Under the pieces are notes generated by a model. The model did no database searches and was not told the DNA's origin. It was given only the letters and a program-made list of their open reading frames with translations. Position numbers and translations under genes: made by a program. From Candidatus Iainarchaeum sp. (lineage in GTDB: Archaea > Iainarchaeota > Iainarchaeia > Iainarchaeales > VGJJ01), in NCBI GenBank assembly GCA_043803765.1, contig JAZDJQ010000012.1, positions 66,238 to 130,237 on the forward strand: a DNA stretch of 64,000 nt. Direction: 5' to 3'. Shown here one piece after another: positions 10,601 to 20,131 of this stretch; position 1 is the stretch's first letter, and every line of letters begins with the position of its first letter.

Positions 10601-11953
10601 TTCGTATGGAGAAAGAAATCCCGTATCCGCATCATATAATACTACTTTGGCATCGGCGATGGGTTCCTCATCTTGGTCTACTAAAAATACTTTTAGTTTT
10701 GCCGTATTCGTTCCGGTTGCTTTGTCGAGTGCAAATGAAACATTCGTTTGTCCTCCTGAAACGGTTTGCTGGGATGGAATGTAATCATTCTTGGATGCGG
10801 AAACCGTGTATTGGATTGTTTTATCTGGAATGGGAATAGTTGCTTTTCCATCCGTTCCAGTAGTAATAGTAGTGAGTATTGTTTTTTCTTGTTTGAGTTT
10901 GATAATAGCATCATTCAATGCGGTGTTTGTTTTCTTGTCAATAACAGTAACATTCATCATGGATGCGGCGTTCTTGTTGACGATGATGGTTGTTGTGACG
11001 GTGCTTCCGGATGCAACTATTACACTGTCTTGTGCGCTCGTGAATACTCCATTGATGGGGTCGGAAGCTACGAGGGTGTATTCTCCCGCTCCTACTGAAA
11101 AAGTAGTCGTTCCAAGTGCATCCGTGTTTCCATTATCCACTATTACTCCGCCGAGTTGTACGCTCACATTTAGTCCTGGAACGGGTTGTGTGGTTTGATC
11201 TAATACGGTTACTACAATCGCGGCATCCTTTACTAGTTTGGGTGTGAGAATAATCGAGTACACGTCTTTTTCTGCTGTGAGCGGATAGGATTGAACATCC
11301 TCATATCCGTTGGAGTGAATGGTTACGCTGAGGGGGATGCAGTCCGCATTGGGAGTAATCACGAACAATCCGCCTGTTCCGCTTACGGATTGAGGAGGTG
11401 TTCCATAGGCGGTGCTGCACGCGAATGATAATTCTGCATCACCCAGTATGGGTTGTCCGACCGAATTGACGAGTTTGATTGTCTTGGATAAGTTTTGTGT
11501 TTGCAGTTCGGATAATTGGATTATTTCCATTTGGTTGCCGGCGATGGTGACGGACTTCTTGACTATCTCATATTTGGATAAGTCGATTTGGTAATCCACT
11601 TTGGTTCCGCTTGGAATAAACAAGTCTATTTTTCCTTCGCTGTCCGTAGTAATAGTTTCTTTAGTGGTATTATAGGAAAAAGCAATGGGAACGTTGGGCA
11701 GTGGAGAGGACTCTTCATCTACTACTTGGAAGATGGCGTGAACATTTTCTCCTTGAATGAATCCTCCAAACGAGAGGAAGAGAAAACCTAATCCGAATAA
11801 CACGAGCAATGCGAATAATGCAAAACTGGGGATGCGTTTGTCGATGGGGTCGATAATTTTGTATACAGGCAACCCGTGCGTATCCAAGAAGTCGAGTACC
11901 GCGTACCATTTATCTTCTGTCGCGAAATAAAAGTCCTTGATGATGTCGCCCAT
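4610..11953 (-). CDS. Giant surface/adhesin-like protein G1 (2447 aa): conserved cytoplasmic N-motif, TM anchor, long repetitive ectodomain.
   Basis: 7.3-kb ORF. N-terminus MGDIIKDFYFATEDKWYAVLDFLDTHGLPVYKIIDPIDKRIPSF followed by a hydrophobic helix. Many beta-rich repeats with a TVxVxDxxGxPxxxAxV pattern (carboxypeptidase-regulatory/Ig-like). Abundant N-x-S/T sequons. Confidence 0.9.
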   Translation of the reverse strand: MGDIIKDFYFATEDKWYAVLDFLDTHGLPVYKIIDPIDKRIPSFALFALLVLFGLGFLFLSFGGFIQGENVHAIFQVVDEESSPLPNVPIAFSYNTTKETITTDSEGKIDLFIPSGTKVDYQIDLSKYEIVKKSVTIAGNQMEIIQLSELQTQNLSKTIKLVNSVGQPILGDAELSFACSTAYGTPPQSVSGTGGLFVITPNADCIPLSVTIHSNGYEDVQSYPLTAEKDVYSIILTPKLVKDAAIVVTVLDQTTQPVPGLNVSVQLGGVIVDNGNTDALGTTTFSVGAGEYTLVASDPINGVFTSAQDSVIVASGSTVTTTIIVNKNAASMMNVTVIDKKTNTALNDAIIKLKQEKTILTTITTGTDGKATIPIPDKTIQYTVSASKNDYIPSQQTVSGGQTNVSFALDKATGTNTAKLKVFLVDQDEEPIADAKVVLYDADTGFLSPYEAVLTDVNGVGTFNSVISGNYQAFAYKSSLTGFSEEHFFDISDPETYDYQLTLEIPDGVVSVHVMDQDGMPVPFAKVSVYNAFKNKLIGSDLTDSNGTYVLPSNGQDSKADKDVFLVVSKTNYATLTTIQKPILPNSTQSFNAILFPTKPKGNISIELVGLFTTDGKIVTGVGKGKDYIAKFLVEIPEEQDELDDMTIHIRTGDKDIVEKDEWYISSINMPKAGIVKGSSWDPANGVNVDGESITFGNAKWINAHIFGPNPGVYELEATLHVRTTALPQDILFLSYKVHAENSEILRDPKDANPADELYAATKSASYQVGVTTVCDSQFCFDASILDEDKQLIEDVTEQYNASVFQNYTLTFNLLNNGNAFHTNSNLRIKSSSEGFDFTTYEIYNADALKLSGTVNDYEFPNPIPMGDFTPQKKIGGSIHFKPKQVGTTIVTIELVSDYQVVFSKNIQINVNGDKELSVTIEPENYPSNVPFTLNLHVEDSATQNEVEHALVSLTTNLGVVLATKYTDAAGNAEIEMPAQLPGKKITLKVEKEEYNPHVQIITISDKVVSLKPETLGININVKTESEKSKTFTITNEMGIPVVVKQLSLLGNLEGFIDKEKTNSNLLPYEGIVIQKNSTLEVNLKSVLTPEALNLIEHEDVEATLNVEIESYGNEYLLELPIKYSLSVASEVDDPTCLNIAPRAWITSTDGQSVTFEFQIQNNCSIGGIPAPLKELKTKANWAGNELGETTLSVFEQTSPTPIGAAKVRSGFYSNVLPTIPAGDILIARLDFAPYGGIKGEGIFDVEIQATNPLEGKPQLLSGKINTQITVVNLVDCITYDKEIIDLQPGKKDTITIETKGCGAPVEFALQTDLAVASKTFKLQGDDKKAIEVGDNELDQGQYPIYVNVEGFENKVPSQNKILRARIRDPNACLQLNRYEFDVYDDPKNDFDGFDTARLDNYCTEQRVNVVIEIPKDWKDSLCVGLQAGIVAGVVTMVSNLLEGKDAFGGEKDEVTETEGTPGNGEEPKSDLSPDSGEKNSGKGTEFWIEEGDVKSTAGNAITFKNATAADKYAKELTINGVKFSHSGSTITVVGATIEGGVFDGGYMLTIVPADNEKVEAITKKYSVESIPTSPITGFVAGTGETKSLDATGGGATQQSSLGSKIGESLVGGILNKVVGAVSLGTGNPFVSFAVTTIVAGLTHYFMSDDEEFDVTIIGKDLVIDEIKVIGGEKGSDEKVKDKDIEVKEDDVAILPKIALEQPILGRVEAFNLTFTNISKFVNETIFRNLLVTGERFVYAQDVEYKNKIPSPDDLKEEDILDSKARFHLQYNSFTPETLIKTGVPPIALDCDTFSEKTGKTGINAAPRVAFAWNFNDIDAYACDQGQVDNEGNSAHIYCDATQFSIELIQKVQLLREFIEANAPFECPLEDQLSGVKTQPIPAADIGIASLSVDKTAPTDVNMIVGIENKTPAMNNAKVSISYKIKDALTAPITQSKMVLIPIGGSKVSLGFTATNLPEGHYEITATIIPEDCENCSNSVPASDTITTEFFIGTSSALVACQPFTTLRLSEFIAANEEAGIGVNYPNGIGKDEILELVSFRAHLMQDRFSPDFFTDFDRYANKVSFFDAPSYYTDPMNGIALLFKNRNHWVVKREGGVPTVEGYLLPGPGIYDVTLDINFDGPEMSFVNGQEPDAIVNVLLEKTSTIEDNSPFYSLPFNGLIGTDDGQGRVGYGVNFSGEKIVVNDEPHSQVVTVDIPDSTPVASVQSSTVNAYTILNSLERGNILTVTKNSTNSLSIKWSPSFATPVMMKIGNKSAQSDVFGFYSVGVNNDTSQSYIGVQGNPWYGVGANCRDFEDKSLLDSYNRKYDTSAINTDCALVGPQENISYGFEWCGDTIHTGNVFLKSVFYTPQESLSSINRTAWKSEMQFIGEGISGAGIPLNGTNAIPGNTPGDTLTSIEEILNLITERAVCVRNSGAKTEFFWNPKEVLNAIESQEKNAGQQCIVK

Positions 11954-11992
11954 ACTATCGTGCTCCTACTGCACGAAAACCCTGTTTTAGCG

Positions 11993-12008
11993 TATTTAAA
12001 GGTTGAGC
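11993..12008 (-). promoter_or_regulatory. Putative TATA/BRE promoter of G1 (minus-strand GCTCAACCTTTAAATA), about 40 nt upstream of the ATG.
   Basis: 16/17 nt identical to the motif upstream of G0 at 4111..4125. The TTTAAATA core is archaeal TATA-like. Confidence 0.45.
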
Positions 12009-12011
12009 CTT

Positions 12012-12494
12012 TTACACTCCTAATCCGGCAAAAGGGAGCCATTTTTCCATTTGTTCCGCGTTTGGAAGAATTCCAAAGAGGTACCATACGACGATACTGC
12101 ATAATACGATGAATCCGAGATTGAGGAATGCGGCAACCATCAGTCCGGGTAGTCTCGTTTGGGCGTTCGAATAGATATCAACCAGTGTTAAATCGCCGAG
12201 TGTTTTTCCATATATTCCGGCTGCAATCGTGCACACGCCTAACAATAATCCTGCTACTGGAAATGCATGCACCCATCCGCTTTGCCAAAAACCGATTCCC
12301 ATGATTAATAGCGGGGTTAATCGTCCGAAGAATAACCATCCAGAAAAAAATCCTGCGATGATGAATCCGATGATAACCATTAATGCGGGAATGTCAACTG
12401 CTGGAACACTACCAAGCCGTGCGGCCATTACTCCTACAATCCATGCAAATCCCAATACGAGTGCCGTGTTGCTTCCCATGTATACGTGTCTCAA
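12012..12494 (-). CDS. Small polytopic membrane protein (about 4 TM, 160 aa) between G2 and G1.
   Basis: ORF with four hydrophobic helices. Starts 23 nt after the G2 stop. No family recognised. Confidence 0.55.
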   Translation of the reverse strand: MRHVYMGSNTALVLGFAWIVGVMAARLGSVPAVDIPALMVIIGFIIAGFFSGWLFFGRLTPLLIMGIGFWQSGWVHAFPVAGLLLGVCTIAAGIYGKTLGDLTLVDIYSNAQTRLPGLMVAAFLNLGFIVLCSIVVWYLFGILPNAEQMEKWLPFAGLGV

Positions 12495-12517
12495 CTTTTT
12501 CCTTTATTTGCTTATCA

Positions 12518-15500
12518 CTACGGAGAAGAAGAGGGTGGTGCAGCCGGTGGTGTAGCGGGGGATGCAACGGGTGGCGCAGCAGGTGGTGCAGTGGAAACGC
12601 TTTGGCATGTCATAGTGGATGGTGTAACATTGGTGTTCGCCAGATTCCATATAATGGACATTCCTTTTGTGTCCATTTTGGCGCACAGTACTCCTTCTTC
12701 TACTGCATCTAATAATCCATCCAGTGAGAATTCCACGCTTTTTGCTGCGTCTCCCGCGTATGATTCATCGAGGTTAATTATTTTCTTTTGGGTATCCGAC
12801 GTAGCATCAACGGAGTATGTTTGCTTTATTGTTTGCAGGTCCGCTTCGCTTTGGGCGCAGGAAACGTGCAAGTCATATAGTTTTCCGCTATTTGATGGGG
12901 GGAGAAGCAGTATTCCTGTGTAATAGTATTCTCCCGGGAAGCTTTGTGTGAGTGAGTAGGATTGCGCGGGCAAGTTATCACCGCAAACGGCTGCTCCTGC
13001 GAGGAGTGGTACGGGTTGAGTGTTGGTGCTGGTGCAATCATACCATTGCACGCTGTTTGCTGGAAGTGCTCCCGGATTAGGAACACCGCGCTCTACTAAT
13101 GCATATTGGAATGCGGGGTTTCCAAACGACGAACCGTAGCGTAGTTTTAGCGGAATGGGGACGCTGTATGCCGTATTCAATGAAGAACTGCCGTTTATTG
13201 CTAACTTGAATAATAGTGGAAGGTTTTCATTCTTCCCAATAAACTCGGCTATTTCTTCAATCGTGCCATAGTCCGAGTCTGCATTCCCAGTCAGCCTTCC
13301 TGTTGTTGGGTCGATGTGGAAAGGCGAACCATACTCACTGCGGCTATCCACACCCACTATTCCATCCAATGCCATGTAGAAGAATGGATTATTCACGTAA
13401 TCTTTTCCTTTTGGTTGCAAATCTTTGAGCGTCTTGGCATCTTTGTCGGATAGGCGAACAGTAAGACTACTCAACTTGTCTTCATTCCCTTTCCATTTTC
13501 CGGATAAGGAGAATGTATATTGCCCGGGTGTTGGGATGTCGGCGAGTATTTTGTTGTCTTTGTCATTAAATGTGACACCTTTCTTGTATGCTTCCAGCAC
13601 TCCTAGTGTAGTGAGATTGGTTTCATAGGAATACGGCACTTCTGTCGTGGCGAGGAAGTCCGTGACCAATTTCGCAGGATACTCCTGTGGTAGAAGCAAT
13701 ACTTTCTCATCCAGTACTTCTTTGATGAAAGTCCCGGCATCATTATATTCGCTCCAAGTGAAATTGCCTTTCTTCTTCCCACTGGATAGCAGGTAGTCCC
13801 GTGCTTCGGTGTTCGTTATGATGCTTCCTCCCTTTGCAACGTTGTATCCTACTACAACGGAGTCGATGCTTTGGTAGAAGGATTTGAGATCACTGAATGT
13901 GAGGTCAACCGGGGCTACACCACTAACTTCGATAGTGGTCGCGGCCATTACATAGTCGGTTATTACCTCTTCTCTTAATTGCTGGTGGAGTTCGTCGAAC
14001 TCGGCGAGGGTCATGATATAGTATTTTTCTCCATTTCCTAATGGATCCATTTTAAGTCGCTCGAACAACTCTTTCGTTGTTGGATTGCTATTCACTTTGT
14101 TTGCTGAAAAGAAGATGAGTGTGTCAGCATATAGTGGTCGATGACTTTCTTTGAGGGTGTTCAGCATCTCTTGAATGTTGTTGATGTAGGTTAGTGTTTT
14201 GTCAGTCCCTTCGTCAGGGAGCTTCAAATAGTCTTTGAACAAATTTTCGATTGTTTTTTTCGCTCCTGCGTCATACGTTGAGAGGATTTTTCCATCCGTG
14301 CTGAGGTAATACTCGGCAGTAGTGTCTACTCCAGTTGAATAATCCGTGGATGTAATGGTAGTCTTGTCGATGATTTTTTCAATGAAGTTTTCGGGGGTGT
14401 ATGTTATGCTAGCATTGGTGAATACTCCTGCGGTTTTGTTTGCTTTGATGAATGTGTTGAATTTGCTTGTTTTCTTGGCAGTATGGATGAGTAGTTGTAC
14501 TCCGTCGCAGTATTGTTTGGTGCAGTCTGGTCCTTTCTCAAATGTCCAATCCCAGTTTAATTTGTCAAACCCGTAGTGGTCGCGGAAGCTTTCAGCGCTG
14601 TAGTAGCCGTATCCGCATGCGAGGGGTTTGAATGCCGCAATATTCGTTGTTTTCCCCGGCTTTAATACGGTTATTTCGATGGGTAGTTCAACGTTTTGTG
14701 TTCCCGTGTTGACGAATACACGTGTTACCGTCGTTCTGAGTGTTCCCTTTAGGTGTACGTCTTCTTGCACGTTTTTCGGGCGCACAATCGTCACTTCCAC
14801 ATCATGCTTTCCTACTCTCCTGAACGTGGCGCGGACGAGTGGGTTTTCTACTCCTTTTAGTTCAATTGGGGAAGTGATATCTCCAATGTAGTCGGACCCT
14901 CCGCACATTAATTCCCCGTCTACTTTTCCTGTTAGCAATACGCTTCCCGGCTCTTTCGTAGTATACGTGATCGTGGTTCCGTCGAGGAATGATTCGTCTC
15001 CAAACGTTAATCCGGATAGTGCTTCTTCATTGATGCATTTTCCAAAGCTGGTGATATTCGTGTTTCCCCCTTGTAGTAGTGCGTCGATTGCCGGTGCAAG
15101 GTTGAATAGGTTTTCAAATATGACAGCGAATGGTTTTTGTTGAGCAGCACCGTATGCGTCTAGGAATTTTACGGATATTGTTCCGTATGATTCTACTTGG
15201 TAATAGTTTCCTTGTGCGAATATTTGTATGTCGGAGATGCGTTTTCCTATTCCTCCTTCATTGAGTGAAAGGTCGGGTTGCGGTTTGTAGGATGTTAAGT
15301 CTGGGAATATTTGGAATTCCATTTCTTGGTACGTGTCTCGGTCGTGTCCTCTTGTTTGCATTCCAATAACCTGAATGTCGTGTACAAGCGTATTTTTTCT
15401 TTTGTCTGTTCCGCTTCCGTCGGGCGTTAGTGCTCCTTCTGCATTGAAGAAGGAAGCAATCGTGAGTGTGTCCGCGCTTTCAACCAATCGAACGCCTTGG

Positions 15501-18500
15501 TCGTAGCATTTGTTGATGACTTTTCCTTTTACTGGTTTTTGGATGAAATCATTGAATCGGAATTTTGTTTTTGAGAGTTCGATGCAGTCCGCGTTTATTT
15601 CGGTTGGACTTTTCACTAATACACGAACCAAGTCAATCTGTTTGGATGCGTCCGTGCTTCCTTTTGGTCGGGCGTTGATGGCAATATCATATCGTCCAAT
15701 CCGATACCCTGAGTAAATGCCTACTCGTTGGTTTTCATTAGGCTTGAGTGTAAAGGATGCAATGTTGGTTTGAAGATTAGGATTCACATCGAGGTTTACT
15801 TCTATTTCGGTTTGGCAGCTGTTTTCTACTCGTATTTCGGTTCCAGAGCAACCGTACATTCCTCCTTGAAGACCGCCGTAATTATACCGGTCAACGTAGG
15901 GGTTGGCATACATTCCATTCAGTTGAGAGTACCCCCCTGCATTAGAAGAAAATTGTTGTATTCCTCCTGCTCCGATATAGTTTCCATACCCGTCATACCC
16001 GCCTGCACCGTATGCGCCGGATTGGTTGGATGGTAATAAACTGCTCCCGCTGGGGTTGGTTGTTTTGTTGAGCACGCTGTAGGATGGATTATAGTAGGGT
16101 ACTCCTGTTGGTCGGTATGTTTGGTTGTAATAATTTCCGTATAATCCCGCTCCGGTGTTGATACCGCATGAGTCGATTTCCAATAAAGAGGGTGTTTTGA
16201 CTTGTACACAGCTTTTGAGTTTGTTTACGGCTGCGTTTATTTTTACTGTTTCGCTTAATACATCAGGTATTCCTGTTTCAGTAATGTTGAGTGCTTGGAA
16301 TACGATTTGGGGAATTGCTAATCCCGAGTCAATGGATGCGGGGTCGAATGTAATGGTTACGGTTACTTCTCCTCCTGCGGGGATGCTGTTTTGGATAACC
16401 TTGAATCCGCTTGTCAGCGGAACATTTTTCTCATCCGTGGTGGCGGTGAATGTTCCTATTTCGTCTCCTGCGAGTTGTTTGACTTTGGCTGATAAATCGA
16501 CTAGTTTTACGGGGTTTCCTTTAACGGTGCACGTGTTTCGTATTTCGAATGCTTGTTGTTTCAGCTGGGAAGGAGTAGCGAAAATGTCCCATTGCACGGG
16601 TTCAACAAGGAGGCAGTCTTCTACATCTACTTCTCCTCCGAATCCTATTTTCAATGCAAGAGGAAGCGAGGCGATGAAGCTTTTTCCTGTTTCCGCACTA
16701 TTCAGCTTGACTTGAATATTTCCCTTGAGTGTTTTTCCCACTAATAGGCTTTGTCCTTTTTGGGTTAGTCCTAGGCTGAATGAGAGTGTTTTCTCGGTGT
16801 TAATTCCGAGTGTTTCTCCCAGTATTTCATCATTGAGTACAACGAACTCAACCAATTCTTCAAAGTCTCCTGATAGAATGATGTCTTCTACTTGTAAGGG
16901 GATACTTGCGAGATTAATGAATTGTACGTCTTTTGTTTTCTTGGTTGTTCCATTTACAACGAGTGTTTCCGTGAGTTGTGCGGGAACGAATGATAAAATG
17001 TCCGATCCAACGGTTAATGAGGTAGTAACTGGTTTGTATCCCGGCTTTTCCACGGTAATGCTCACGACATCTCCAATGTTAGGTTCAATCAACTCGAATG
17101 GGTATACTCCTTCGATGTCGGTGAATCCGCTTGTGAGCAGTGTGTTATTTAGTGTGATGGTTACGCTTGCGTTCTCGAGCGGAATATCTTGTACTCCTTC
17201 AATAACGTGGATGAGCATTTGATTGGCGAGCAGGGGCAGAATCACTTTTGGTATTATTTCCACGTTCATTATTCCGGCTGCATTTATTTTGATGAGCACG
17301 TCCCGTGTGAATAATTCTTTTTTGTTGCTTACGAGTGATAATGTGACTTTTGAACTTCCTTCTTTTGCCGCGTTAAAATGAACGAATCCAAACACCACGT
17401 TGTTTTTTTGAATGATTCCGAGCGGGATTTCTTCTTTGTTTCCGCTCACAACGCCTGTTTTCTTTACTCCTACTGCATTCGTAACATCGTAGGCTCCCAG
17501 GCTGGCGCTTCCGGATGTGGATGAAATAACCATGCTTGTGTCTTGGAACACGTTTTCCGTTAGGCTGGTGAATGTGAATAATAGTTTGTGGGCGGTGGAA
17601 ATGTCGGCTTCGTATTCTCCTGCGAGTGATGTTTGGATTCCATTGGCTAAATCTTCTGCTACTAATCCTAAGCAAATATCCTGCGAGCATAGATGCGTTC
17701 CTGCACCAATCGAATAGAGTTTAACGTTGGCGATGGCATACAATCCCTGTTTTTGGGAGACGGATTCACTTCCTCCTAATACTGCGTCCACGGGAAAGCG
17801 TACGTAGGATCCTGTTTTTCCCCATGCGCGGTAATAGAGGGGTAAGTCTCCTCCTTGGATGGCCGTATCCTTTACGACTACATCGAGTTCGATTTGGGTG
17901 ATTCCTTCTCCAATGGGGGAGAATACGATGTTGGCCCATTTGGCATCCCCGCTGGTAATGTGTTGTCCGTCAACTCCTAATCCGGTGGGCGGACTATACG
18001 TTGTTCCTTTTTGTATTTTGGCGAACGCCCCTCGTACATCGCGGATATACCATCCGTCGTTCTCAATAGGATTGGTTTGTCCTTCATTGGATGTTCCCGT
18101 TCGTATGTGTACGCCGGCTTCGTTGAAAACGGAGTTTTTTGGAATATACAATCCTAATCGTATCGTGTAGGATTGTCCGGGAGCGAGTCCTGATTCTTCT
18201 AATACTTGCTGGTTGTTAACAAACGTTCCGAGTGTTTTTACTTCTAGTTTTTGAATGTCCTTTACAAGTGTTACGTCCATTGATTGGGTGATTCCTTTTT
18301 TGAGTTGCAATGGTATGGTAGTGAGGGGAAGGTGATTGGGTTCATTTATTACAAAATAGGCGAATTTGTCCGCGCGCAGGGTGAGTTCTACTTTTCCGTC
18401 TACTCCGGTAGCAATGCCTTCTCCAAATGATTCGTGTGTTAGTGCGTCAGCAGGTTGTACGACGGCTCCTGCGAGGGGTTGTCCGTCAGCCCCTTTTACG

Positions 18501-20042
18501 ATTAATGATACGGTTCCTGTTCCAATCACGAGCTTTACTGTGACTTCAATGTTTTCCCTTGCTTTTACCGTGAACACGTCCGAGCGTAATTGGTCGGAAA
18601 ACCCCGGCTTGTATGCCGATGCAAAGTAGGTTCCTTCTTCGAGTGATGTAAAAACGGCCGTGCCGCTTGCTCCGGTTATTTTGTTGGGTCCGATGCTTGC
18701 TCCGGTAGGGGACTTCTTGAGTGTAACGTAAGCATTCTCCACCGGCTGCCCTAACTCATCTACTACATGGAGGGTAACGATTTGACTGTTTTGCGGGGTG
18801 GCTTTTGTTAATCCTATCTGTGTGTATCCTGCATTCGAAACGGTTACCGGATACCCTGTTTTGATGAGATACGTGGGATGGTCAATTGAAACGTTCAGGT
18901 TGTTGGTCGAAGAAACGGAGAATGTGACTTGTCCTCCTTCGTTTGTTGTTTTGGTTGAAATGACTTGATTTCCCTTGTTGAGCGTTACTTTTGCTACCGG
19001 AATAGGAGATAGGCTTCCCTCATCAACTAATTGTAATCGTACTTCTCCAATGGATGCTTTCTGTAATGAGAATGTTTTCGCCACGGGATTTCCATCTGCT
19101 ACTTCGAATGAACCCGAGTCTAATTCGGCATGAACACCGTCGCTTGGGATGAATACCGCGTACGTGTCGGGAACTAGTCCTTCAAATGTGACGAATCCGT
19201 TGTTGGTGAATTTTTGGGCGAGTTGGTCGCCGAATTTGCTTACGAGTATTACGGTGATTCCGTTCACTTCATTTCCTGTTTCATCTACAACGGTTATTTG
19301 CAGGGCAGCATTTCCTGTTGGGTTTGTTTTAACATACAGTGATGGAGAAGTATCATCCAAGTCAATACTGCTTGTTTCGAGTTGTATCGTTGGATTCGTT
19401 GATTGGACGCTTAATGAACCGCAATCCGATGGAATGTCTACCGTGATTGAACCGTTGTTCACGGTTGCATTCTTTACGAAGGATGGTTTTTGTGAACATG
19501 CAAATGAGAGTGATACCGGTTCCAAAAATGATTCGGTTGAGTTGGACTTGTATAATTGCAGTGCGATGGATTTCATTACCGTTTTGGGTGTTCCCACAAT
19601 CGCTGTTTCGTTTTCTCCCGCGTCGAGGATAATTGATTTTTCGCTTAGGAGGTAATCCGTGCTTGTTGCGGTAATCGTAATGCTTGTTCCGGAGGGTAAC
19701 CCGCTGAACGTGGCTCTTCCTCCTGCATCCGTTAATCGTCCGCTTAACGCGTCTCCGGTTAAACCATTTCCAGATAGTTTGACGGTGATTCCCTGCAGAG
19801 GTGTTTGCGTTTCATCATACACTAACACGGTGAGTGATGTTCCTCCTCCAAGTGGATTGAGGAATACGAATAGTCCGCCCATGACGAGTAGTAAAAAAAA
19901 GATGGCGATTGGAAAAGAGGGAATGTTTTGTGCTTCGATGGCGTCCACTATTTTGTAGACGGGCAGTCCGGCATTATCCAGTCTGTCAAGGAAATGATAA
20001 TACTTGTCTTCTATTCCATGATAGAATTCGTTTAGCCCCATA
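12518..20042 (-). CDS. Giant surface protein G2 (about 2507 aa from the internal ATG; the ORF extends to 20068). Has a Pro/Ala-rich C-terminal tail.
   Basis: ATG at 20042 gives MGLNEFYHGIEDKYYHFLDRLDNAGLPVYKIVDAIEAQNIPSF plus TM, matching the paralogue consensus. C-terminus is ...APPAAPPVASPATPPAAPPSSSP. Ig-like repeats. Shares an internal G..V.GQ/E.ITxG.AKW motif with G1. Confidence 0.9.
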
Positions 20043-20131
20043 CCCACACAACCTGTTATACCTACCAAAGCCCGTTTTCCCCCTTTTTATATGTTGGGGG
20101 AAAAACGCCTAATAGTGTCCTTTTACTCATT

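Noticed and set aside
20043-20068. Upstream extension of the G2 ORF (MVGITGCVG…).
   Set aside because: The paralogue alignment supports the internal ATG at 20042 (MGLNEF…). The extension is probably untranslated.
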